A DNA stretch of 64,000 bases from Candidatus Spechtbacteria bacterium. GTDB taxonomy: Bacteria > Patescibacteriota > Minisyncoccia > Spechtbacterales > JACPHP01. The first letter of the stretch is position 1. The number at the start of each line of letters is the position of its first letter. A model generated the notes under the pieces. That model had not been told where the DNA came from. It ran no database searches and saw only the letters and a program-made list of their open reading frames with translations. Made by a program: the position numbers and the translations under genes. The stretch spans positions 1,327-65,326 of the forward strand of contig JACPHP010000001.1 of the NCBI GenBank assembly GCA_016188605.1, read 5' to 3'. Shown piece by piece: positions 56,642 through 64,000 of this stretch.

Positions 56642-57718
56642 CTAAAGTTGTAACACTGTTTGATGAATAGCCTCCTGTACTTTTTTCATATCTTGTTCTG
56701 AAGGCACTGCCATGCGCACCGCGTTTGCTAGATACGGTAGATTGGCTGGATGGTGTGATAGGTCATTTATCAATATTCCGTGATCGCGCATAGCTTCTAA
56801 GAAATTGGCTGAATTTTCGGTTTTGAAAAGGAAAAAGTTGGCCTTCGAAGGATAGACGCTAATCCCTTCTTTGCGCAGAAATTTTTCCATCGCCGCCTTC
56901 CTTTCGGCAAACTTTTTCCATTGTTCTTCAAAATAATGGAGGTTTTTAAGCGCAGTTGTTGCCGCGTAAGTGCTGAAATGGCTTAATTCCCAAGGGCCGC
57001 GCAGTTTTATTATTTCCCCAACAATAGATTCGTCAGCCAACATATATCCGATTCTTAGTCCCGCCATGCCAAAAAATTTGGAAAAAGTGCGTAAAACTAT
57101 AAGATTTTTGTGTTTCAAGATGTCTTGTACGTGGCTATGAGGGTAAAATCCAAAATATGCCTCGTCAAGGATGACAGGTATGCCTTGGTCGTCGCATGTA
57201 GCAATAAGCTCATTTAGCTGGCTCTCGTCCATTGCCGCTCCAAGAGGATTGTTAGGGTTGCACAGCAAAAGCGCTTTTGCACCTGGAAGGGCTTGTTTTG
57301 TTTCTTCAAAAGGAAATTCAAAGGATGTTTCGTTGTCGCGGTAAGGAATTTCTACAAGCTGGATTGGAGAAAATTGCGCTCGGTAGTTATAAAAAGCAAA
57401 GTTTGGCGATGGCATGATAACCTTGTCACCCTCGCGAAATAAAAGTTTAAAAAGTAGGTCAATTGCCCTGTCGGACCCGCCGGTAAGAAATATATTTTTA
57501 GTAGAAACGCCCGTGTAATTGGCTAGCAAGTCTAGTAGTTCCTCGTATTCCGGGTAACATCCGACAGTAAAAACGCTGAAATCCTTCAGCTTTGCCAAAA
57601 AATCGTCGTTTATAAGCCCGTAGCTCTCATTCAAATCTAGTCGGATAAATTGCTCTCTTTTAGAGGGCATTTTGTAGCGCTTTTGTGGCAACGAGTATTT
57701 CTCTGTAGAGAAAGTCAT
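56642..57718 (-). CDS. class I/II PLP aminotransferase, histidinol-phosphate aminotransferase (HisC/CobD)-like
   Basis: LNESY...GSDRAIDLL...NPNNPLG...RTFSKFFGMAGLRIGY (PLP-Lys). Confidence 0.75.
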   Translation of the reverse strand: MTFSTEKYSLPQKRYKMPSKREQFIRLDLNESYGLINDDFLAKLKDFSVFTVGCYPEYEELLDLLANYTGVSTKNIFLTGGSDRAIDLLFKLLFREGDKVIMPSPNFAFYNYRAQFSPIQLVEIPYRDNETSFEFPFEETKQALPGAKALLLCNPNNPLGAAMDESQLNELIATCDDQGIPVILDEAYFGFYPHSHVQDILKHKNLIVLRTFSKFFGMAGLRIGYMLADESIVGEIIKLRGPWELSHFSTYAATTALKNLHYFEEQWKKFAERKAAMEKFLRKEGISVYPSKANFFLFKTENSANFLEAMRDHGILINDLSHHPANLPYLANAVRMAVPSEQDMKKVQEAIHQTVLQL

Positions 57719-57777
57719 ATAGCTTATATTATAATATCACAAAATACCTTTTAAGTAAATAGATAGGGTTTGCGGCT

Positions 57778-58908
57778 CTATAACCCTCGTTTTATACGGC
57801 GCAAGCTTTCCAGTGCCCAGTTTGGCCAATAACGCCAGGAAATCGGTAAATCTTGCGCGTGGAGATAATCTGTTTGGTAGCCTCCGAATCCTTTTTTGAA
57901 CAACGTTAAGCCAGCCCATGGGTGCTTAGGATTTTCGCTGGTTGTGATGCCCCAAAAGTTATATAGCTTCTTGTTTCTTCTCTTTGCTTCTTTAATTGCC
58001 GCCCACTGCACTGCGTAGGCAGTCGGGATATTTGAATACCTAAGCGATGACGCGCCGTGGTGGTAGAAAGCGCTGTTTCCGTAAAAAATAATCACCGCGC
58101 TTGCTTGAGGTTCACCCTGAGCATTGCCGAAGGGCTCGCCCTTATACCAAGCGGAGATCACCTCCGCTTGTCCTTCCGTAGTCCTTCCGTAGCATTGTAG
58201 CGTAGGAGGGCGAAGGAGGACACTTTCATTTTTCGAGAACGCATCAACCTCGCATTGAATATATTCTCGTGAAAATGGAATAAAGTCGTGCTTAGCAACT
58301 GTTTCTTTGTGTAATTTATAAAAATGGTCAATATCTTCCTTGCTGGCGCCGATTGTAATCTCTACGCCTTCTCTTTCCGCGCGGCGGATGAGGTTTCGCG
58401 TGGTTTTGCGCATGCCCTTTAGCAATTCTTCCTCGCTAGGCGATAAATCAAGTGTCCAAGTAGTTTCCGCGTGCATGTGAATTGGCGCGGGGCGAAAACC
58501 CAAATCAGCAAAAAGCTGGCGATTTTCTTCAGTAGCTATCATTGGCGGGCTGACGCGAATAAAATACGCTTTTTCTTGTTGTGCAATCTTTTTTAACTCC
58601 GATGTAAGGGTTTTTAAGATTTCAAATTTTGAATTTTCATTTTGAGATTTGAGATTTGAGATTTGAGATTGAAATATCGGCCCGTGTGGTATAAAAAGAA
58701 ACCTTCCGCGTCTCGCCTCTACCAAAATTACAAGTATCACTGATACGAGTTCTCCATTTTCCTCAACACCAAAACGCCACATCTTATCCCCCATTCGCAC
58801 GTTAAACTCGCCCCACTGCCATGAATGCAGGAAAGTATGGTCGGGCTGGGAAGTGACGAAACTATCCCATTTTTCCTTGTCTGTTATTTGGATGATTTGT
58901 GGAGACAT
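57778..58908 (-). CDS. FemAB/FemX-family aminoacyl-tRNA-dependent peptidyltransferase-like protein
   Basis: HSWQWGEF N-terminal motif and tandem GNAT-like halves, about 376 aa. Confidence 0.65.
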   Translation of the reverse strand: MSPQIIQITDKEKWDSFVTSQPDHTFLHSWQWGEFNVRMGDKMWRFGVEENGELVSVILVILVEARRGRFLFIPHGPIFQSQISNLKSQNENSKFEILKTLTSELKKIAQQEKAYFIRVSPPMIATEENRQLFADLGFRPAPIHMHAETTWTLDLSPSEEELLKGMRKTTRNLIRRAEREGVEITIGASKEDIDHFYKLHKETVAKHDFIPFSREYIQCEVDAFSKNESVLLRPPTLQCYGRTTEGQAEVISAWYKGEPFGNAQGEPQASAVIIFYGNSAFYHHGASSLRYSNIPTAYAVQWAAIKEAKRRNKKLYNFWGITTSENPKHPWAGLTLFKKGFGGYQTDYLHAQDLPISWRYWPNWALESLRRIKRGL

Positions 58909-58913
58909 AATGT

Positions 58914-59068
58914 TATCTCAAAACGCAAATCTCAAATGTCAAAACTGAAACTTAAATCTCAAAACTACTACGGAGATACTTTTAATTTTTCCGCCAGAGG
59001 CGGATCAGCCTCAGGCTGAAGATTTAAGATTTTGATTTGAGTTTTACGATTTGAAATTTGAGATAAAA
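58914..59068. repeat. palindromic heptamer array (caaatct / agatttg arms) enclosing REP-like element R10
   Basis: Same organisation as 796..950. Confidence 0.7.
58987..59020 (-). mobile_element. REP-like element copy R10
   Basis: ttttCCGCCagagGCGGatCAGCCtcaGGCTGaa. Confidence 0.7.
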
Positions 59069-59082
59069 ATAGTTTACTACTG

Positions 59083-60318
59083 CTATAAGATATTTTTTAA
59101 AAAATTAATCACATTTCTTGCATCCTGTTTTGATATATTTACGTGCGTCGGCAAGTTAAAAACTTCGCGCGCGGCTTTCTCGGCATTGGGGCATGAGCCT
59201 TCCGCATAATTCATTATGTCGAAATCTGTACCTCGCGGCGCAATGACACTATCATACCAATCCCCTAGCAAAATGCGCGCATTCTTTGCTTTTTGCAAGA
59301 TACTGTCTCTGTTTTGATTGCGCATTGGATAGCGCAAGAATACATATTTGGCTCCGCGAGACATATTAAGCCATGAATTTTTTGCCGGTGTTGGGTCAAG
59401 CGCTTTTTTATACATATCCGCAACCGCGTTCCTATGAGCACTGAACAATTCGATTTTTTCAAGCTGGTGGAGAGCGAGTATAGCCAAAGCGCCAGGTAGT
59501 CGCGCGGGAAAATATTCTGGCTTCCTGCCGTATCTTTCACCTTGCGTTACGGCTTTTGAAAGCAAATGCAAGCGTTGCGCCGCTCTTAGCGCGTACCTGC
59601 CAACAGTCCAGTATGTTGCGATAATAGGAGCCATGAATAAAGGATGCAGTAATTGCTGGCTAGTCCACAAATACGATGGACAAGGAAGCGTTGTCCATTC
59701 CTGTAGCGCGCGCCGCGACACTATTTTTTTATTTACTATTAGCGCTCCTCCATAAACCGAAGAAATAACTTTGTCTCTGCCGAAGCTAAAGAACGTGGCG
59801 TCACCAATGGTGCCAACCCTTTTTCCACCCCACTCCGCGCCAAGCGCGTGAGCGCAGTCTTCTATTACAAACAACTTATGATTTTTTGCTACCCGCAAGA
59901 GCGCGTCCATGTTAGCCGGTATGCCAAATGTATGCTGAACTACCACAGCTTTACAGCGTGGTGTAATTTTGTGTTCTAAATCCATTGGATCCATGTTGTA
60001 GCCATCCTTTTCTATATCTACAAATACTGGCTTTGCGCCCCACCATAATACTGGATTTGGCACTGCGTTGCAGGTAAATGCTTGTACAAGTATTTCGTCC
60101 CCAGGCTGAATACGCAACGCTTTAAGCAGTGTCAAAAAAGCCGAACGACCGCTGTTAAATAGCAAGACTTCCGCAGTGGTGCCGAGGTATTGCGCAAGGG
60201 CTTTTTGTAATTTTTTATTAGCCCCCTCGTTTCTCCAATTCCACGGACGTATCAAAACAGACCAAGCGAGGCGCCTGTCATCATTTTGAGTATTGGGAGA
60301 AAGTGAAGTATAGATCAT
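59083..60318 (-). CDS. DegT/DnrJ/EryC1/StrS-family PLP-dependent sugar aminotransferase
   Basis: FTCNAVPNPVLWWGAKPVFVDI...EDCAHALGAEW...FSFGRDKVISS (PLP-Lys). Confidence 0.85.
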   Translation of the reverse strand: MIYTSLSPNTQNDDRRLAWSVLIRPWNWRNEGANKKLQKALAQYLGTTAEVLLFNSGRSAFLTLLKALRIQPGDEILVQAFTCNAVPNPVLWWGAKPVFVDIEKDGYNMDPMDLEHKITPRCKAVVVQHTFGIPANMDALLRVAKNHKLFVIEDCAHALGAEWGGKRVGTIGDATFFSFGRDKVISSVYGGALIVNKKIVSRRALQEWTTLPCPSYLWTSQQLLHPLFMAPIIATYWTVGRYALRAAQRLHLLSKAVTQGERYGRKPEYFPARLPGALAILALHQLEKIELFSAHRNAVADMYKKALDPTPAKNSWLNMSRGAKYVFLRYPMRNQNRDSILQKAKNARILLGDWYDSVIAPRGTDFDIMNYAEGSCPNAEKAAREVFNLPTHVNISKQDARNVINFLKNIL

Positions 60319-60373
60319 CTATTTTTCTTTAGTGTATTTTAAGAGTTGGTTCTATGAAAGATCTGATGTTTTT

Positions 60374-60439
60374 GAATACAGAATACAGAATTGAGAATAC
60401 AGGTCCTGTATTCCGTATTCTTGATTCTGTATTCTGTTT
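60374..60439. repeat. perfect-ish palindrome of gaataca heptamers
   Basis: ttgaatacagaatacagaattgagaatacaggtcctgtattccgtattcttgattctgtattctgtt. Confidence 0.7.
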
Positions 60440-60441
60440 AG

Positions 60442-62073
60442 TTAGTCATCTATAATCAAATTTCTCACAATCGTTTCCGGTACGCGATTCTCTAACAATA
60501 TAACGTCTCCTTCGTCGCATAATTCTTGGGCTTTGCGCATTGCTATATATGGATCTGGTATGCACCACAAGGCATTTTTACTCATGCCGGCTTTAATAGC
60601 TTCGTCTTTTATGTATTCGTAGAAATCTGGCGCCGTAACAATGCACTGATCGCAGGTCTCCGCGATTTTTGCTCCTATCGCGCGATGCGCGTCTTCCGCA
60701 GCACGACCAAGTTCAATCAAGGGATATATTATGCATATTTTTTTGCGGCCCTCTGATTCTTTTAGAATATCGAGCGCCGCAAACACTCCATCTGTGTTAG
60801 CTGAATAACTATCATCAATTATTGTAGTATGCTTGATACCTCGACGGAAATGAATTGCGTGCGGAGGCGTTTCAAGTGTTTTGCAGGCCTCGGCAATCTC
60901 TTTGTAGCTCATGCCAAGTCCGTGCGCTGCGCAAATAGCGCCGACAACATTCGTACCGTTATGCGCGCCGCTTAATGGCACCTCAATGGCGATTTTCTTT
61001 TTCTTGTCCCGTATTTCCACTGTCATCCTATCTTTGCCTTGGTGAATTTTCTGCGCAAAAATTGCAGCAGATGCGAGGCCTTCAGGTAAATTGGTCGCGT
61101 ACAGACGTTTTGGTTTTTTGCAATTATCGTAGAGAGCGCGCGTGTACTGGTTGTCGCCGTTAAATATCGCGAGCCCTTTTTCTGGCAGTGATTCAATTAG
61201 TTCGTATTTTGCGCGCTGAATATTACGAAACGAACCAAAGAGCGACAAGTGCTGTTGGTTGATGCCGGTTAAAATACCGATTTGCGGCTTCACCATCGCG
61301 CAAATGTCGCGTATTTCTCCTCGCTTGTAAGCTCCCATCTCAACGATGAATATTTCATGCTCTTGCCTAAGATTTTTTATAATATGGCTTGCGATGCCAA
61401 TCTCTGTATTGGTATTTTCCGGCGTTTTTAATACATTAAAATTATTTTCCAAAATATGCGAAAGAAATTCTTTCATGCTGGTCTTGCCGAAGCTTCCCGT
61501 AATGCCAATGACGAGCAAGTCTGGAGTAGATGCTAACTTTGTCTTGGCCCGAGCAACTATTTTTCGCTTCATGTAAAGCGATAATGGCCGAGCAGTACCC
61601 ACAAAAGCTGTTGCAATAGCTGGAACCATTAAATCTGTAAAAAACAGAAGCGATAACGCGCTTGGAAGCGGCGACAACAGCCCAGCGATAACCATTACGA
61701 GCGCCGAGCTAAAAGTTAGACCAAGCAGAGACACGGCCTTTTTGGTAAATGTAGGCATACGAAGGCGATGGTCTTGATATGCTTCATACATGCGGTATGC
61801 CTGAAAACCATATAAGCCAATCCCGGCTAAAAGCATTACATAAGAGAAGAAAGATGCTAGCAATCCAAGCGCGGAAAACAAGAACAGCACTCCCACTGCC
61901 AGGGTTTTATAACTTAACAAAAGTTTTTTCGCGCTTGGTAGCTCGAAGTGAGCGCGCATGCGATCAAGCCGATATTCTTTTAATTGCCAAAGATATATCC
62001 AAAACAGCGCGTCTTTTACCACGCTTGTGATCCAAAGTATTCCGAAAATAAATAATAGGATTATTTCTACCAT
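60442..62073 (-). CDS. murF: Mur ligase (MurF-like, UDP-MurNAc-pentapeptide synthetase) fused to an N-terminal about 190-aa polytopic membrane domain
   Basis: 4-5 TM helices, then LLVIGITGSFGKTS...IVEMGAYKRGEI...GAHNGTNVVGA. A cytoplasmic Mur ligase fused to TM helices is unusual. Confidence 0.7.
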   Translation of the reverse strand: MVEIILLFIFGILWITSVVKDALFWIYLWQLKEYRLDRMRAHFELPSAKKLLLSYKTLAVGVLFLFSALGLLASFFSYVMLLAGIGLYGFQAYRMYEAYQDHRLRMPTFTKKAVSLLGLTFSSALVMVIAGLLSPLPSALSLLFFTDLMVPAIATAFVGTARPLSLYMKRKIVARAKTKLASTPDLLVIGITGSFGKTSMKEFLSHILENNFNVLKTPENTNTEIGIASHIIKNLRQEHEIFIVEMGAYKRGEIRDICAMVKPQIGILTGINQQHLSLFGSFRNIQRAKYELIESLPEKGLAIFNGDNQYTRALYDNCKKPKRLYATNLPEGLASAAIFAQKIHQGKDRMTVEIRDKKKKIAIEVPLSGAHNGTNVVGAICAAHGLGMSYKEIAEACKTLETPPHAIHFRRGIKHTTIIDDSYSANTDGVFAALDILKESEGRKKICIIYPLIELGRAAEDAHRAIGAKIAETCDQCIVTAPDFYEYIKDEAIKAGMSKNALWCIPDPYIAMRKAQELCDEGDVILLENRVPETIVRNLIIDD

Positions 62074-62089
62074 ATTAAATATAAATACT

Positions 62090-62212
62090 AATCAAAACAA
62101 TCTCAAATCGCAAAACTCAAATCGCAAATCTGCAACTCAAATCTTAAATCTACTGCGAAGATTTTAGATTTGAGATTCAGTTTTGAGATTTGCCATTTGA
62201 GATTTGAGATTA
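62090..62212. repeat. palindromic heptamer array (caaatc / gatttg arms); encodes the C-terminal about 18 aa (NNNLKSQMANLKTESQI) of the downstream hydrolase
   Basis: aatcaaaacaatctcaaatcgcaaaactcaaatcgcaaatctgcaactcaaatcttaaatc ... agatttgagattcagttttgagatttgccatttgagatttgagatt. Confidence 0.7.
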
Positions 62213-62991
62213 TTATTTTTATGTTGTGCTATAAACTCCGCCATTGTTTGAGCCATTTCATGTGGCACCTCCAGGTTTATCGCGTGCCCTCTCTCGGGAA
62301 ATACGTGCAGGCGTGAATCTGCAACTTCTTTTTGAATGATATACGCGTCGGCAAGCGGTGTTGCTCTATCGTTTTCTCCCCATAAAATTAGCGTAGGTAA
62401 GGTAATATGCCTCACGTATTTGCGCAAATTTTCGTTAATAACTTTTTTAAATGTTTCGCGCATGACGCCGTCTGTCTTGTAGTAATCTCGTTCCAGGGTA
62501 AATTTGTACCAGAGATTACGAACTATGGGTTTTAGGAAATGAAGCGGCGGCACGGCAAAAATAACATTGCCGATTTTTGTTGTTATCAGAAACATGCGCG
62601 TACGTACCGTGTGTCGACGCACTACTCCTGCCGCATCGCATAAAATGAGGGTGGAAACATTTTCTCCGTGCTTTGCGCCATAGATTATGGCAATTCTTCC
62701 GCCAAACGAATGTCCTACAAGAGTGAAATCTTGCAGGCCAAGCGACTGGATGAACTCGTATACAAACTCCGTGTATTGATAAATATCCCAAGGTTCTGAC
62801 GGTGGAGGCGTTTCGCCAAATCCAGGCATATCAGGAACTATCGCTCTGAAGCCGCGTTCTGCTAAATCATTTTGCACGGCGCGCCAGTTGTTAGCGCGAG
62901 ATCCCCATCCGTGAAGAATAACAATTACGGCTCCCGTGCCCAGGTCGCGGTAGAAGACGGGAATACCTTGAATGGTGATGTTTTTATCCAT
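62164..62991 (-). CDS. alpha/beta hydrolase fold protein; its C-terminal tail is encoded by the heptamer array
   Basis: GHSFGG nucleophile elbow and HGWGS oxyanion region. The last about 18 codons lie inside 62164..62212. Confidence 0.75.
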   Translation of the reverse strand: MDKNITIQGIPVFYRDLGTGAVIVILHGWGSRANNWRAVQNDLAERGFRAIVPDMPGFGETPPPSEPWDIYQYTEFVYEFIQSLGLQDFTLVGHSFGGRIAIIYGAKHGENVSTLILCDAAGVVRRHTVRTRMFLITTKIGNVIFAVPPLHFLKPIVRNLWYKFTLERDYYKTDGVMRETFKKVINENLRKYVRHITLPTLILWGENDRATPLADAYIIQKEVADSRLHVFPERGHAINLEVPHEMAQTMAEFIAQHKNNNLKSQMANLKTESQI

Positions 62992-63010
62992 TACTTTCAG
63001 TTTATCATAT

Positions 63011-64000
<990 letters not shown>

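Noticed and set aside
600-62300. Heptamer arrays as CRISPR arrays
   Set aside because: No constant direct repeat alternating with unique spacers. The arrays are inverted arms of 7-nt units, and no cas genes are present.

Overview
This 64 kb window is a low-GC (about 43-45 %), gene-dense bacterial chromosome segment. Coding is mostly housekeeping: translation genes (prfA, rpmE, rpsB-tsf, rplI, rpmA, def-fmt, gltX, aspS, tgt), replication/chaperone genes (priA, dnaJ), pyrG, and a large cell-envelope block. The envelope block holds GT2/GT4/WecB glycosyltransferases, an O-antigen-ligase-like protein, an LCP protein, an S41 protease, an M23 peptidase, a D-Ala-D-Ala carboxypeptidase, MurG, FtsW, MraY, an Mpl/MurC-type ligase, a membrane-anchored MurF, a FemAB-like protein and a DegT-family aminotransferase. 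Two tRNAs are present: tRNA-Thr(UGU) and tRNA-Lys(UUU). No rRNA, CRISPR array, transposase or integrase was found. The gene style (many small membrane proteins of unknown function, weak Shine-Dalgarno use, a FemAB-like gene, sparse biosynthesis) fits a small-genome bacterium, possibly Patescibacteria/CPR. That placement is inference only. TGA is used as a stop codon, so the standard code applies.

The most unusual content is not protein-coding. Almost every intergenic spacer is filled by short palindromic MITE-like elements whose arms are tandem 7-bp units sharing an AAT core (aatctca, gaatcat, cgaataa, gaataca, cattgtt, aatccca, ttgaaat). There are at least three defined families:
- an 80-90 bp element with 17-bp terminal inverted repeats ATCAACGAATAACGAAT (8 copies), which supplies the last codons I-N-E-stop of three unrelated genes;
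- a twin-hairpin REP-like element, CAGCC-n3-GGCTGATCCGCC-n3-4-GGCGG (about 10 copies);
- a 60-bp element with GTCATCTCGA terminal inverted repeats (2 copies, inverted relative to each other).
Copies of the REP-like element sit inside duplicated 3' fragments of tRNA-Lys, exactly at the anticodon loop, next to a GIY-YIG nuclease gene.

Other notable observations:
- a roughly 62 % GC single-gene island with its own strong SD and terminator immediately 3' of tRNA-Thr;
- a dcw-like cluster in which the murD position is occupied by a D-aminoacylase-family amidohydrolase, beside a DUF1611 protein, an ATP-grasp ligase, a ThrC-like PLP enzyme and a 54-aa LysW-like zinc-ribbon protein;
- an operon of an E1/ThiF-like protein, an ANL/PaaK-like adenylating enzyme, a nitroreductase-family flavoprotein, a HisC-like aminotransferase and FemAB, co-linear with an orphan sensor kinase and aspS;
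- in-frame palindromic insertions inside tgt and an ABC exporter;
- a PriA with a degenerate Walker A motif.

All manually derived coordinates for repeats may be off by 1-2 nt.
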